64,000 nt of DNA from Methanobacteriota archaeon (GTDB lineage Archaea; Halobacteriota; Bog-38; Methanoflorentales; Methanoflorentaceae), in NCBI GenBank assembly GCA_963719035.1, contig CAVRAO010000012.1:152022-216021 (forward strand). Reading direction: 5' to 3'. Positions 36,579-47,744 of the stretch are shown here, one piece after another. How positions within the stretch are numbered: position 1 is the stretch's first letter; every line of letters begins with the position of its first letter. A program made the position numbers and the translations under genes. The notes beneath the pieces are model-generated. The model was not told the origin of the DNA. It was given only the letters and a program-made list of their open reading frames with translations, and did not search any database.

Positions 36579-37885
36579 TGCCAACGACGATGACTCGTAC
36601 GGAAACTGTGTCAGACATCGATTCTTTCGTGGGAATGTCCCTCTACTTGACAGTCTCGCGCGGTATCGGCGGACAGATTCGGCAGCGATCTGAGGACTTT
36701 GTAGTAAACGAGGTCTACAAAGAGCAGTACGCGTTGGACGGACGCTATCAACTAGTCAAAGTCACAAAGACCGATACAGAGACACATCACCTGGTCCGCG
36801 ACCTATCGCGACGTTTGAGGATTAGCCAGAGGCGGGTTAGCTGGGCAGGAACGAAGGACAAGCGTGCCGTCACCGCGCAGCGCATGAGCCTTGATTCGAT
36901 TTACCTTGAAGCACCGCTTAACCTAGGAAAAGCGATCGTTGAGCCCATTGGGAGATCCGATAGACCAATCTCGCTCGGGGACCTTGAGGGTAACGATTTC
37001 TCTATTACCATCAGAACGGTTGAAGGAGCCCAAAATAATATCGCACGTGCCGTTGTAAGCATTATCGACGAGATACGCGACGCGCGTGGAGTTCCTAATT
37101 TCTTTGGGATTCAACGTTTTGGATCAATCCGCCCTGTAAATCACCTCGTAGGACGAGCACTCATCGAAGGCGACATTGAGCAGGCGGTCATGACGTACAT
37201 CGGAAAGCCTTTTGCCGATGAACCTGAGGACGTCAAAGACGCCCGACAACGCATTTTAGACACCCATGATTTTAAGGAAGCGCTTCAGCGGATGCCCGTT
37301 CGGCTGCGCTATGAGCGCGCTATGCTGAATCACCTTGTAAAGCACCCCAATGACTTCGATGGCGCCCTAGGCGCCCTCTCAATGAACCTGCAGAAGCTTT
37401 TTGTCCACTCATTTCAGTCATATCTTTTTAACAAGATGATGAGCAACAGACTCGCGCGCGGGTTTCCGCTCACTATGGGATTTGACGGTGATCGCGTATG
37501 GGCACCGGATAAAGGGCGCCTGAGAACGGTCGTGCCAAAAAACGTTGAAGAAGTAAACCAGAGCCTCGCAGCAGGACGTGCCTCCGTTCAAATGCCGGTT
37601 CCCGGGTATGAAACAGAGCTGTCAGACGGAGTCATCGGTCAGGTCGAGCAAGAGGTCCTTGTGTCAGAGGGGGTTGATCTAGATGCCTTTAAAATCGAAA
37701 GCTGTCCGCGACTGGCATCAAAGGGCGTTATGCGCAACATCGCATTACCTGTAGATATTGGGTTTACTGTGGCGCCTGATGAGCTTACCAACGAGGAAGT
37801 GAGAGTTGCACTGCGCTTCTTCCTACCTAAAGGGGCCTATGCAACGTCAGTTCTACGCGAAATTATGAAAACGAGGTTGTTTTAG
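36578..37885 (+). CDS. truD: tRNA pseudouridine synthase TruD/Pus7 family
   Basis: 435 aa with the GTKDKRAVT catalytic-Asp motif and NFFGIQRFG. Its start overlaps the pth2 stop. Confidence 0.85.
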   Translation: MPTTMTRTETVSDIDSFVGMSLYLTVSRGIGGQIRQRSEDFVVNEVYKEQYALDGRYQLVKVTKTDTETHHLVRDLSRRLRISQRRVSWAGTKDKRAVTAQRMSLDSIYLEAPLNLGKAIVEPIGRSDRPISLGDLEGNDFSITIRTVEGAQNNIARAVVSIIDEIRDARGVPNFFGIQRFGSIRPVNHLVGRALIEGDIEQAVMTYIGKPFADEPEDVKDARQRILDTHDFKEALQRMPVRLRYERAMLNHLVKHPNDFDGALGALSMNLQKLFVHSFQSYLFNKMMSNRLARGFPLTMGFDGDRVWAPDKGRLRTVVPKNVEEVNQSLAAGRASVQMPVPGYETELSDGVIGQVEQEVLVSEGVDLDAFKIESCPRLASKGVMRNIALPVDIGFTVAPDELTNEEVRVALRFFLPKGAYATSVLREIMKTRLF

Positions 37886-38436
37886 TGCGGGCACAACCAC
37901 CCTTATTGGTTATGCTCGTATGTGCGATGGTCGTAGCGAGCACGCTACCCGGGTGCGTTACGAAACAAACCAGCACGCTAAACAATACGAGTACAATATC
38001 GACAACCGTGTCAGATCGCGCGGCCACGAAAAGCAGCGCGGACGATAACTCTTGGACAGCACCTACCCACTACTTGGTTACGATTGGAAAAACGACGGTG
38101 TACGCTGAGGCAGCAAATACGCCTGCAGAGCTCGAAACGGGCCTCATGAATCGGACCTCTTTGAATGAAAATGCCGGAATGCTGTTCGTCTTTCTAACTG
38201 AACAAAATCAGAGCTTTTGGATGAAAAACATGCGCATCTCACTCGATATCATTTTTATTACCACAGACAAGCACGTGCTTGATGTTTACCAATCTGTACC
38301 GCCGTGCATAACCGATCCATGCGTTTCGTATATGTCGCATGCGCCGATAAGGTATGCACTTGAAGTGAATGCGGGGTTTTCCGAGCAACATGGTATCGCA
38401 AGCGGTGACACCGTCTTTATAACTGCCTCGAGTTAG
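37885..38436 (+). CDS. DUF192 domain protein with an N-terminal signal/anchor
   Basis: GLMNRTSLNENAGMLFVF...FWMKNMRISLDIIF is the DUF192 signature. Lipobox-like LPGC near the N-terminus. Confidence 0.75.
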   Translation: MRAQPPLLVMLVCAMVVASTLPGCVTKQTSTLNNTSTISTTVSDRAATKSSADDNSWTAPTHYLVTIGKTTVYAEAANTPAELETGLMNRTSLNENAGMLFVFLTEQNQSFWMKNMRISLDIIFITTDKHVLDVYQSVPPCITDPCVSYMSHAPIRYALEVNAGFSEQHGIASGDTVFITASS

Positions 38437-39358
38437 GGCCCTTCGATTTATAGCGGTTATCGATCGACGGGCACTCGTATCGAATTGGACAGGCGAAGCA
38501 CTCGGGTGCGGTCGCATGACAAAACTCAAAGCCGAGCTGAATGAGCAGCAAGTGACTTCTGCCCGGCTGAGAAAGCTCTGTTTCAAGCGCGTCTTTGGCG
38601 ATATCCTTTGACTTGTCGCTCCCGTGAATCTCCTTTGCATTGAGGGCAAGGCCACGCCGCGATGCGTCGCGCTCGATGAATCCGAGTCTGCGGGCAACTC
38701 GTTCCACATGCGTGTCTATCGGGACGACTTCGTGTCCTGCAGCGTAGAGTAGGACGCAATCTGCGGTCTTTTTTCCAACTCCGGGAAGCGAGAGGAGCAG
38801 CTCGCGTGCATGATCCGGCGTATCGTAAACCCACGACAAGTCGCCGTCCCACCGGCGTTTGATCTCGCGCGCGATGGAAACGATGTAATCTGCCTTGCGG
38901 TGTGGGCCACACCGGTACAGGACAGGGACGATGTCGTGTGGATTTGTCACGCTTAAGGTCTCAGGGGTGATCGTTCCGAATCGCCGGATGAGCTCAAAAA
39001 AAGCTGCACGAGCGCGCTCTGCGGTCTTGTTCTGGGTAAGCACAGTGAGTATGAGGCACCGGAAGGGATCCTGCCCGGCCATAAAATATAGTCCTGTATA
39101 GAAGTCTCTAAGCTTGCGTATGTAAGGATCACGACTACTCAGCTTGAGAAGCGCCATCCACTGCATCTCGTCAGGCTGCACGTCCTCCATATCGAGGTGT
39201 GACGATAGCGGGGCCTGTGAGGGGTAAGGGCTGATTCGCTGCGTGATGTTATCAAGCGTTCTTAGATAACCTTCTGAGTTGGAGATCCACTCAAGAGCGG
39301 GAATCTGAATCGTCATTGTGCGTCCAAGGTCGATAGGCGGCATCATCGCGAATCGCAC
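38417..39358 (-). CDS. Endonuclease III-like HhH-GPD DNA glycosylase with a [4Fe-4S] cluster loop
   Basis: HhH LPGVGKKTADCVLLYA, catalytic VPIDTHV and a C-terminal Cx6Cx2Cx5C (CHATAPECFACPIRYEC). Convergent 20-nt overlap with the DUF192 gene. Confidence 0.8.
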   Translation of the reverse strand: MRFAMMPPIDLGRTMTIQIPALEWISNSEGYLRTLDNITQRISPYPSQAPLSSHLDMEDVQPDEMQWMALLKLSSRDPYIRKLRDFYTGLYFMAGQDPFRCLILTVLTQNKTAERARAAFFELIRRFGTITPETLSVTNPHDIVPVLYRCGPHRKADYIVSIAREIKRRWDGDLSWVYDTPDHARELLLSLPGVGKKTADCVLLYAAGHEVVPIDTHVERVARRLGFIERDASRRGLALNAKEIHGSDKSKDIAKDALETELSQPGRSHLLLIQLGFEFCHATAPECFACPIRYECPSIDNRYKSKGPNSRQL

Positions 39359-39582
39359 GCTTGGACACCTCGTAGGCCGCTGTGGTTAAGGGTTTGCACA
39401 AGCCTATTTATGAAAATACATGGGTATATATCATCCGCGCAGACATCTTGTATTAGAATTGAATCGTGCCGGTGACATACAATGGATCTACAGACACTCA
39501 AGGCGTTGGTCACACACGCCGCAAGGACTAAAGACAGCATATCTTCTCGTATCGGATGCATGAAGATTCGAACGGAGGGTCA

Positions 39583-40548
39583 ATGGCACTAGCGCTCGAC
39601 CCCGCCTGGCGCCTATTCGCTTATGAGTTCAACAAGTCCACGCTTCAGCTGAAGGAAGAAGATGGTAGCGGTCCTACTTATATCATATCTCCCACCGGTG
39701 CCAAGATCAACCGCTTGTTTGTTGTTGGCGTGCTCACTGAAGTGGAAAATGTCCGCGCGAATGAAGACCTTTGGCGAGCACGAGTCGCTGATCCGACGGG
39801 GAGCTTCACGGTATATGCGGGAAAATATCAATCCGAAGGGGCCTCATTTTTTGCTAACGCCGACGTGCCTCAATTTGTCTCTGTCCTTGGACGAGCACGC
39901 CTTTATACGCGCGAGGACACCTCATACGCATCTATCTGGTCAAATGAAATCAGCAACACGACGGAAACTGTCCGCAACAACTGGGTCATAACTGCTGCAG
40001 AACGGACACTTGACAGGTTGGAGGTGCTCAAGATTGCGCAGGGTGCAGGATTAGAGGGAGATGCACTTCGAACCTTGCTCCTTGCTAATAACGTTAATGC
40101 GCTGCTCGTAGACGGGATTATTCGTGCATGGCCGTCGTATAACGGATCCGACGTAATGGCCGATTTGGTCCCCATCATCGCGTCAGCCATCGATACAGTT
40201 ATCGAATCCCACGGGTTTAAGCCTGCAAGCGAGGAGAATCAGGTCGCGCGCAGCGCCGTGACTGAGGGTTCGACGGTGCAAGCGAACGATAACGCAGATG
40301 GACAAACGGGTGAGGTGACGAAGGAGCAGGAGGCCTCGACCACAACGGATGTGCTTGCGAGGAATAAGGAACGCGTCCTCCTCACTATGAACGAGCTTGA
40401 AAGCGGTTCAGGCGTACCGTACGACCGTCTCATAGAGACGTTGGAAACTCACGGGCTAGAAGAAGAAGACGTTGAAGACGCGGTACAGGAACTGATGGAT
40501 GAGGGGAAGTGCTACGAACCTAAGCTTGGCATCCTCAAGTTGATTTAG
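39583..40548 (+). CDS. OB-fold nucleic-acid-binding protein with an acidic linker and a C-terminal winged helix (RPA-associated/RPA32-like guess)
   Basis: FVVGVLTEVENVRANEDLWRARVADPTGSFTVYAGKY is an OB-like core. The C-terminal ...YDRLIETLETHGLEEEDVEDAVQELMDEGKCYEP is wH-like. I prefer the start at ATG 39583. Confidence 0.45.
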   Translation: MALALDPAWRLFAYEFNKSTLQLKEEDGSGPTYIISPTGAKINRLFVVGVLTEVENVRANEDLWRARVADPTGSFTVYAGKYQSEGASFFANADVPQFVSVLGRARLYTREDTSYASIWSNEISNTTETVRNNWVITAAERTLDRLEVLKIAQGAGLEGDALRTLLLANNVNALLVDGIIRAWPSYNGSDVMADLVPIIASAIDTVIESHGFKPASEENQVARSAVTEGSTVQANDNADGQTGEVTKEQEASTTTDVLARNKERVLLTMNELESGSGVPYDRLIETLETHGLEEEDVEDAVQELMDEGKCYEPKLGILKLI

Positions 40549-40720
40549 CCATCAACGCACCAACGCTCTACAACGTATGTGCTTTGCCTGTCGTCCTTTT
40601 CAAAAAACAATGTGACATGCTCAACGTGGCCTGCTCTCTCGTTTTAACCCAAGCCTTAGATTGTGCTCTTTGCGACTTGTGAGATGATGCCGTCGCTTGT
40701 CGGCGGTTGTTGTGGTGTGG

Positions 40721-41083
40721 TCAGTAGCGCTGCCACTTCTCAGTGGGGCGCCTTTCTGGAATGTGCTCGGGGACTTTTTTTGTGCCCTTCGCGCACTCCT
40801 CGCTTACGTACAATCCACAGTAACACGCGCCAAATTCGGCAACATCTGGGTCGCAGTAGACGCACGGGCAGATAATGTCCTTATCTAATTCCTTGTCGTT
40901 TGATGCCATACGACACGGACAGTTGTGGTATCCATAGCGCTCCTTGTTCGTGAGTATCCCGTCAACCAAAGCGTTTACGAGGTCTTTGTCGGGGTTCAAG
41001 AAACGTCCCATGCGTGGCGCTGCCTTCGTTATCGCTGCGAGGTATTGTTCGCGATCCATGCACGTCCTTATTACTTCACTCAT
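40721..41083 (-). CDS. Ferredoxin-thioredoxin reductase catalytic-subunit-like protein
   Basis: 120 aa. HNCPCRMASN...ICPCVYCDPDVAEFGACYCGLY matches the FTR-B CPC/CHC cysteine pattern. Confidence 0.8.
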   Translation of the reverse strand: MSEVIRTCMDREQYLAAITKAAPRMGRFLNPDKDLVNALVDGILTNKERYGYHNCPCRMASNDKELDKDIICPCVYCDPDVAEFGACYCGLYVSEECAKGTKKVPEHIPERRPTEKWQRY

Positions 41084-41124
41084 TCTTTAAACTTGCTTAG
41101 AGCGACCGCTTAAATCTCGCTGAA

Positions 41125-42030
41125 CTAAACAAACTTCTTAAACATCATTGCTTGGAGCTGACCGACCCCAAGGTGCTTCGACAAAAGCACAATATCGTCG
41201 CGATTAACAGCGAACGCCTTAGCAGGCGGCAACGCCTTTGCGCCGCGTGCGTAGATCGTGCCCCCTCGCTTATTAGCTCCGAGGTAGCCTCGAGGCGTAC
41301 CGCCAACGACGAGAACGCCCGACTTCATGTCGATTCCAGCAAACGCCTCTGCATTTCCACGTATGATCACAGTGCCCCCGTTCAGAAGAGCGCCTGAGTT
41401 CATGCCTGCATTGCCTGTTACGATGACCGTCCCGCGCTTCATGAGAATGCCGGTGCTGAGGTCAACGTCTCCAGCAACGCAGATCTGCGCGTCACATGCA
41501 CAACGTGCGCCAACGGTATCGCGCACTATCGCGTCAGATAAGTGGAGTTGTGCGTTTGAAAGAACGTTAGGGGGGACAAGCGCGTCGTCACCGAGACCGT
41601 TACACACCACATCAGTGATCGATCGATATTTCTGATACCCCGTTCGATCAGACGTGACTTCAACGACGTTGCCGATCGGTGGCTTTGCGACCCCGGCCAC
41701 GTACACAACTCCCGAGACCATACTTATTCCCATGCGGGTGTCAACGTTCCCGTCAACAATGACACTACCAACGGAGATTTTGCCTCCACTGCCCGAAAAA
41801 AAACGCAAATCAACGCCTAAACTAGAACAAAATCGGTGGCCAACGTCTCCAACAATAAATATGTCCTCTTTTCGTTTTAAAGCCTCAACGACGTCGCGAT
41901 AAGTGTACTTACTCCCCTCTTGATGTGGAATCGGTTCGTCAGGCTCTAACTTAGCGCCCCGATGCTGCCAGTAAAAGTTGTACGTAAAGTCCGCAATACA
42001 ATCAACTGGTGCACTAAACTCGAGCTGCAT
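41125..42030 (-). CDS. GXGXG-motif beta-helix protein (glutamate synthase domain 3 / FwdC-like)
   Basis: 301 aa with repeated G-x-G-x-G turns: [63 protein letters not shown]. Confidence 0.75.
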   Translation of the reverse strand: MQLEFSAPVDCIADFTYNFYWQHRGAKLEPDEPIPHQEGSKYTYRDVVEALKRKEDIFIVGDVGHRFCSSLGVDLRFFSGSGGKISVGSVIVDGNVDTRMGISMVSGVVYVAGVAKPPIGNVVEVTSDRTGYQKYRSITDVVCNGLGDDALVPPNVLSNAQLHLSDAIVRDTVGARCACDAQICVAGDVDLSTGILMKRGTVIVTGNAGMNSGALLNGGTVIIRGNAEAFAGIDMKSGVLVVGGTPRGYLGANKRGGTIYARGAKALPPAKAFAVNRDDIVLLSKHLGVGQLQAMMFKKFV

Positions 42031-42057
42031 TGTTAACCCTAAAAAGTTCTTTACAAA

Positions 42058-42534
42058 CTATCGAAACGGCTTGCGTTCAATTTTTAACGAGTCGCCACCG
42101 CGAAGCACAACGGCCCCTTTTGCAGCAACAATTTCAAGTCCGTTCAGTCCAGCAGGACCACAAAGGACATCCTGTTCGGGATGTGTCCCTTTCTCGATGT
42201 CGCAGCGCAAGACCGTGCGCTTTCCCACAGACGCGACTACTCGTAGCCGTGATGACGCAGGATGATCTTTCGGAAGCACTATGAGGGGCGAACCAGCGTC
42301 GCGGATAAGAGAGAGCGTGCAGATAATTGCTTTTGTGGTGGTGCGATCGTTGCAAAAACCCGATGCAACAAAAAGATCTTCGGCGCTCACCGCCATGACG
42401 ATCTCATCATCTGTCGTCTCAATGAAGAGCTGCCGAGCGCATCCTGACTTAACTACGCCGATCACGCCGTCGGCACTGCGCACGAACAAGACCTCGTCGG
42501 CGTCGAGCGGCACGTGCTGTTCCATGCTACACAC
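42058..42534 (-). CDS. Hypothetical protein (158 aa)
   Basis: ORF 27 nt upstream of the GXGXG gene on the same strand. No motif recognised. Confidence 0.5.
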   Translation of the reverse strand: MCSMEQHVPLDADEVLFVRSADGVIGVVKSGCARQLFIETTDDEIVMAVSAEDLFVASGFCNDRTTTKAIICTLSLIRDAGSPLIVLPKDHPASSRLRVVASVGKRTVLRCDIEKGTHPEQDVLCGPAGLNGLEIVAAKGAVVLRGGDSLKIERKPFR

Positions 42535-42597
42535 TCTTGTTGATCCAGCATCCTCGATAAGAAAAAGGGCTAACTAAGGATCAACCCACAAGAGTTA

Positions 42598-42753
42598 CTA
42601 TTCAAGCTCTGTGATATCTTCCGATTGGCAGGACGGACACATCGGGTTCTTACCGATGCCCTTGAATTTCGAACCGCACTCGTTACAGGTGTATTGCTGT
42701 GGTTCGAGTCTTTCAATGTCCTCATTTCCAAACGGACCGCCGACGGTGCACAT
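42598..42753 (-). CDS. Small zinc-ribbon protein (51 aa)
   Basis: Below the ORF-track cutoff. GGAGAACTCATT precedes the ATG. Sequence: MCTVGGPFGNEDIERLEPQQYTCNECGSKFKGIGKNPMCPSCQSEDITELE, with CxxC...CPxC. It replaces the implausible 99-aa track ORF 42570..42869. Confidence 0.5.
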   Translation of the reverse strand: MCTVGGPFGNEDIERLEPQQYTCNECGSKFKGIGKNPMCPSCQSEDITELE

Positions 42754-42963
42754 AATGAGTTCTCCTTAATAATTGCATGACAGTGACTGTGTATAAGGGT
42801 TTGCTTAGCTGCGCAAATTAGTTTCATTACGTCTAAGATAAAGTTATATGCAGTTGACGGGAAAAACATTGTATAGCTAGCGTGCGGAATTATCTCATCG
42901 CTTAATATTGCTTCTAAATAATAATTTAATTTATATTAAATTACATCTACAGTCTGTACGACA

Positions 42964-44925
42964 ATGTCTCCTTCTAAGTTCATCCTAAGTTCATCGTTCA
43001 AGCCAACTGGAGATCAGCCTAAGGCGATTACTGAGCTTGTTAACGGCATCAACGGCGGGGCGAAGCACCAGACGCTTCTCGGGGTTACCGGCTCTGGAAA
43101 GACGTTCACCGTCGCGAACGTCATCGCACAGGTGCAGAAGCCCACACTTGTTATCGCGCACAACAAGACATTGGCCGCCCAACTCTACAAGGAGTTTCGC
43201 GAGTTTTTCCCACAGAACGCGGTCGAGTACTTCGTGAGCTATTACGATTACTATCGCCCTGAGGCTTACATACCGCACACGGACGTTTATGTGGCAAAGG
43301 AATCGGAGATCAACGATGAGATTGACCGGCTGCGACACTCAGCTACTAAATCGCTCCTCACGCGGCGTGACACCATTGTCGTAGCCAGCGTCTCGTGCAT
43401 ATTCGGCATTGGCTCTCCTGAAGACTACCAAGAGTCCGTTCTCTCCCTGCAAGTGAACGAAACCGTCAAACGGAGCGAGATCTTGCGCAAGCTCACTGCT
43501 ATGCAGTATGAGCGTAATGACATCGATTTCTTCCGCGGAAAGTTTCGCGTGCGAGGTGACACCGTTGAGGTGTTTCCAGCGTATGGAAACACCGCGTATC
43601 GCATCGCGCTCTGGGACGACAAGGTAGAGGGACTGTACGAGTTTAATCCGATCAACGGAAGAAAGACGGCAGCGTTTGATTTTCTGCCGATCTTCCCGGC
43701 GACGCACTTTGTCACCAACCGCGCGAGACACGACGAGGCGCTGCACTCGATCAAGCGTGAGCTCACTGAACGTTTGGAGTACTTGCGCGGACAGGACAAG
43801 TTGCTCGAGGCTCAGCGGTTAGAGCAGCGCACTAAATACGACCTTGAGATGATGCGCGAGATCGGCTATTGCAGCGGGATAGAGAACTATAGCCGACACC
43901 TCAGCGGGCGCTCTGCAGGGGATGCACCTACGACCCTCATTGACTATTTTCCGGAAGACTACCTCCTTGTCATCGATGAGTCGCACGTAACCATCCCCCA
44001 GCTTGTCGGTATGCACGGTGGAGACCGGTCTCGGAAAGACAACTTGGTGGAGCACGGGTTCAGGCTCCCATCAGCTTACGATAATCGTCCGCTTACTTTT
44101 GGCGAATTTGAAAAGCGGGTCAACCAGGCTATTTACGTGTCGGCCACCCCCGGACCTTATGAGCTGGCCAAGTGTGAGCGTGTCGTCGAGCAGATCATTC
44201 GTCCCACTGGGCTAGTCGACCCTGCAGTAGAGGTTCGCCCTGCTGAGGACCAAGTCGACGACCTGATCGCAGAACTACAAAAAAGATCAAACGAGCGAGT
44301 GCTTGTGACGACACTGACAAAAAGGATGGCCGAGGATCTTTCCGAGCACCTTAACGAGATCGGCATAAGGGTGCAGTACCTTCACTCTGACATTAGCACG
44401 CTCGATCGCGTTGACATCCTGTACGACTTGCGACGCGGCACCTTCGACGTCCTCGTCGGCATCAACCTTTTGAGAGAGGGCATCGACTTGCCCGAGGTCA
44501 CTCTGATGGCGATCCTCGATGCGGACAAAGAGGGCTTTCTACGCTCCGAACGGTCACTCATTCAGACGATCGGCCGGGTTGCACGAAACGTCAATGGTCG
44601 TGTAATCATGTACGCCGACGTCACGACCGACTCTATGAAGCGTGCGATAAGCGAGAACAACCGGCGGCGCGCGCTGCAGCTCGCACACAACGAGCGCTAC
44701 GGAATTACACCCCGGACCATCGTAAAACCTATCGAGGAACTTGTCGAGCGACGTCGGCCAGAGCTCGTAACTGAAGAAGAACCGGCTCTGAACGTCGCTC
44801 CAGAGGAGCTTGAAGAGACGATCGCAGGGCTCCAGGTAGAGATGCAGCGAGCAGCGCGCGGACTTGAATTCGAGCGGGCGGCGCTGATTCGTGACATGAT
44901 TCGTTCTCTTGAAGAAGGGACATAG
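42964..44925 (+). CDS. uvrB: Excinuclease ABC subunit B
   Basis: 653 aa. GVTGSGKT Walker A, DESH box, helicase motifs and a C-terminal UVR domain ([11 protein letters not shown]). Confidence 0.95.
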   Translation: MSPSKFILSSSFKPTGDQPKAITELVNGINGGAKHQTLLGVTGSGKTFTVANVIAQVQKPTLVIAHNKTLAAQLYKEFREFFPQNAVEYFVSYYDYYRPEAYIPHTDVYVAKESEINDEIDRLRHSATKSLLTRRDTIVVASVSCIFGIGSPEDYQESVLSLQVNETVKRSEILRKLTAMQYERNDIDFFRGKFRVRGDTVEVFPAYGNTAYRIALWDDKVEGLYEFNPINGRKTAAFDFLPIFPATHFVTNRARHDEALHSIKRELTERLEYLRGQDKLLEAQRLEQRTKYDLEMMREIGYCSGIENYSRHLSGRSAGDAPTTLIDYFPEDYLLVIDESHVTIPQLVGMHGGDRSRKDNLVEHGFRLPSAYDNRPLTFGEFEKRVNQAIYVSATPGPYELAKCERVVEQIIRPTGLVDPAVEVRPAEDQVDDLIAELQKRSNERVLVTTLTKRMAEDLSEHLNEIGIRVQYLHSDISTLDRVDILYDLRRGTFDVLVGINLLREGIDLPEVTLMAILDADKEGFLRSERSLIQTIGRVARNVNGRVIMYADVTTDSMKRAISENNRRRALQLAHNERYGITPRTIVKPIEELVERRRPELVTEEEPALNVAPEELEETIAGLQVEMQRAARGLEFERAALIRDMIRSLEEGT

Positions 44926-44926
44926 C

Positions 44927-47740
44927 GTGACTGAATCCATTCGTATAAAGGGTGCAAAAGAGCATAATCTCAAGAACATTGACGTTGAGATCCCGCGCGA
45001 CAAGTTTGTGGTCATAACGGGAATTAGCGGTTCAGGTAAGTCCTCGCTGGCCTTTGATACGATCTATGCTGAAGGACAGCGAAAGTACGTGGAATCACTA
45101 TCTGCGTACGCCCGACAGTTCCTCGGTCAGATGAAGAAGCCAGAGGTAGAGCATATCGACGGCCTTTCCCCGGCGATCTCGATCGACCAAAAAACGACGA
45201 GCAAGAATCCCCGTTCCACCGTGGGAACGGTAACAGAGATCTTTGACTATCTGAGGCTTATGTTCGCACGCGTGGGCACCCCTCACTGTCCCCAGTGCGG
45301 CAAGGAGATCGCTCAACAGACCGTGCAAGAAATCGTCGACCAGGTTGTGCAGCTTCCGAAGGACACGAGGATCACGATCCTCGCCCCGGTGGTCAACGAC
45401 AAAAAGGGGGAACACCGGAAGATCTTGGAGTTCCTGCTCAGCGACGGGTTCGCGCGCGCACGCATCGACGGTGAGGTGCGCGAACTCGACGAGGCAATCG
45501 ACCTTGACAAGAACAAACGGCATTCGATTGAGGTCGTAGTTGACCGGCTCATCATCGCTCAGGAAGAACAGCAACGCCTCGCCGATTCGCTTGAGACCGC
45601 TCTCGTTCTCGGTGACGGTGTGGTCATCGTCGACGTTAACGGCGCCAAAGAGCTCCTTTTCAGCGAGCACTTCGCGTGTATCGAGTGTGGCATTAACATG
45701 GGAGAGGTCGAGCCGCGTATGTTCTCGTTTAATAGCCCGCACGGGGCGTGTGCGACCTGCCACGGCCTCGGGTTTGAAAAAACGCTCGATGAAGACCTTA
45801 TCGTGCCCGACAAATCCCTGCCCGTCAGAAGTGCTATCGCGCCGTGGGCTAAACCGACGAGCGAGTATTACCCTCAGTACCTCTTAAGCGCGGCAAAACA
45901 CTTTCAATTTGACCCTGAAACGCCGTACGAAGAGCTTGCCGACGAACAGAAACACCTCATCATGTGTGGCTCGGGGACTCAGAAGATGCGCTTTGAGTAC
46001 GCCGGGCGACACGGCTATGTGCGGTTTATGAGGCCGTTTGAGGGAGTGTTAAAGAACCTATCGCGTCGTTATCGCGAAACCGACTCTGATAACGTACGGG
46101 AAGAGATTGAGAAGTACATGCGGCTGCGTGCTTGTGACGCCTGCAACGGCCAACGGCTTCAACCGAAAGCGCTCGCTGTTACGGTCGGTGATTGCTCGAT
46201 AGCGGATGTCTCAGCCTTGTCTGTCGACGCGGCTTATACCTTCTTTGACATGTTGCGCCTCTCTAACGGGAAGATGATCATTGCTGCAGAAGTAATCAAA
46301 GAGGTTAAAAAACGTCTCAACTTTCTGCAAAACGTCGGTCTCAACTATCTGACGCTCGATCGAGCAAGCGAGACACTATCGGGGGGTGAGGCTCAGCGCA
46401 TACGGCTTGCGACGCAAATCGGCTCGGGCCTCGTCGGCGTCCTCTATATCCTTGATGAGCCGAGCATTGGACTTCACCAACGTGACAATTTGAGGCTCAT
46501 TGGGACGTTGAAGAGCCTGAGGGACCTCGGGAACACACTCATCGTGGTTGAGCACGACGAGGAGATGATTCGCACGGCAGACTACGTCATCGACATGGGG
46601 CCCGGCGCCGGAGAGCACGGAGGTGCGATCGTGGCAACGGGCACACCAAGTGACATCGTGAGCGATCCAGAGTCTATCACCGGACAGTACCTTAGTAGGG
46701 CAAAACGAATCGAGGTGCCAAAAAGACGGCGCACCACGAACGGCAAAGCCCTGCGCATTATCGGCGCGCGCCACAACAACCTTAAGAACATCGATGTGGA
46801 GATCCCCCTCGGGATCTTCACCTGTGTCACAGGGGTCTCTGGTTCTGGAAAAAGCACCCTTATCAACGATATTCTCCATCGCCGACTCGCTCAAAAGCTT
46901 CATCGGGCATACGGAAAGCCCGGCGACCACGACGACGTTTTAGGCATCCAGGACATCGACAAAGTGATCACGATTGACCAGTCTCCCATCGGGAGGACTC
47001 CGCGCTCAAATCCCGCCACGTACACAGGGGTGTTCGATTTTATTCGGGCCCTCTTCGCCCAGCTTCCTGATGCTAAGGCCCGAGGCTATCGGCAGGGCCG
47101 ATTTAGCTTTAACGTGAAAGGAGGACGCTGTGAGGCGTGTAGAGGTGACGGGATCATAAAGATCGAGATGCACTTTTTACCCGACGTCTATGTACCGTGT
47201 GAGGTTTGCGAGGGGAAGCGCTACAACCGCGAAACGCTTGAAATTCGCTACAAGGGCAAGAATATCGCTGACGTGCTCGATATGACCGTCGAAGAGGGCG
47301 TGCACTTCTTTGAGAATATCCCGCGCATCAAGCAGAAACTTCAGACGCTCTTTGACGTGGGCCTGGGCTACGTCAAACTCGGACAGCCTGCGACGACGCT
47401 CTCTGGCGGGGAGGCACAACGCGTCAAGCTGGCGACGGAACTCAGTCGGCGGAGCACGGGAAAGACATTTTACATCCTTGACGAGCCGACGACAGGCCTG
47501 CACTTTGACGACATTAAGAAACTGCTCGCAGTTCTCGGCAGGCTCACTGACGCAGGTAATTCTGTGCTCGTCATTGAACACAACCTTGACGTGATTAAGA
47601 CGGCCGACCATATCATCGATCTGGGTCCCGAGGGAGGCGATGAGGGTGGGTACGTCGTCGCGCGGGGAACGCCTGAGATGATCGCGCGGTCTGGCACTTA
47701 CACGGGTGAGTTCCTCAAACGAGTCTTAAACGGATACTAA
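44927..47740 (+). CDS. uvrA: Excinuclease ABC subunit A
   Basis: Two ABC modules ([26 protein letters not shown] twice) and zinc-finger Cys pairs. I prefer the GTG at 44927 ([17 protein letters not shown]), 1 nt after the uvrB stop. The track ORF starts at TTG 44909. Confidence 0.95.
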   Translation: MTESIRIKGAKEHNLKNIDVEIPRDKFVVITGISGSGKSSLAFDTIYAEGQRKYVESLSAYARQFLGQMKKPEVEHIDGLSPAISIDQKTTSKNPRSTVGTVTEIFDYLRLMFARVGTPHCPQCGKEIAQQTVQEIVDQVVQLPKDTRITILAPVVNDKKGEHRKILEFLLSDGFARARIDGEVRELDEAIDLDKNKRHSIEVVVDRLIIAQEEQQRLADSLETALVLGDGVVIVDVNGAKELLFSEHFACIECGINMGEVEPRMFSFNSPHGACATCHGLGFEKTLDEDLIVPDKSLPVRSAIAPWAKPTSEYYPQYLLSAAKHFQFDPETPYEELADEQKHLIMCGSGTQKMRFEYAGRHGYVRFMRPFEGVLKNLSRRYRETDSDNVREEIEKYMRLRACDACNGQRLQPKALAVTVGDCSIADVSALSVDAAYTFFDMLRLSNGKMIIAAEVIKEVKKRLNFLQNVGLNYLTLDRASETLSGGEAQRIRLATQIGSGLVGVLYILDEPSIGLHQRDNLRLIGTLKSLRDLGNTLIVVEHDEEMIRTADYVIDMGPGAGEHGGAIVATGTPSDIVSDPESITGQYLSRAKRIEVPKRRRTTNGKALRIIGARHNNLKNIDVEIPLGIFTCVTGVSGSGKSTLINDILHRRLAQKLHRAYGKPGDHDDVLGIQDIDKVITIDQSPIGRTPRSNPATYTGVFDFIRALFAQLPDAKARGYRQGRFSFNVKGGRCEACRGDGIIKIEMHFLPDVYVPCEVCEGKRYNRETLEIRYKGKNIADVLDMTVEEGVHFFENIPRIKQKLQTLFDVGLGYVKLGQPATTLSGGEAQRVKLATELSRRSTGKTFYILDEPTTGLHFDDIKKLLAVLGRLTDAGNSVLVIEHNLDVIKTADHIIDLGPEGGDEGGYVVARGTPEMIARSGTYTGEFLKRVLNGY

Positions 47741-47744
47741 GGCG

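Noticed and set aside
45098-45763. 221-aa antisense ORF inside uvrA, and similar antisense ORFs inside uvrB, uvrC, pstC and tldD
   Set aside because: The sense strands carry unambiguous conserved motifs. The antisense ORFs have no starts with an RBS and have biased composition.
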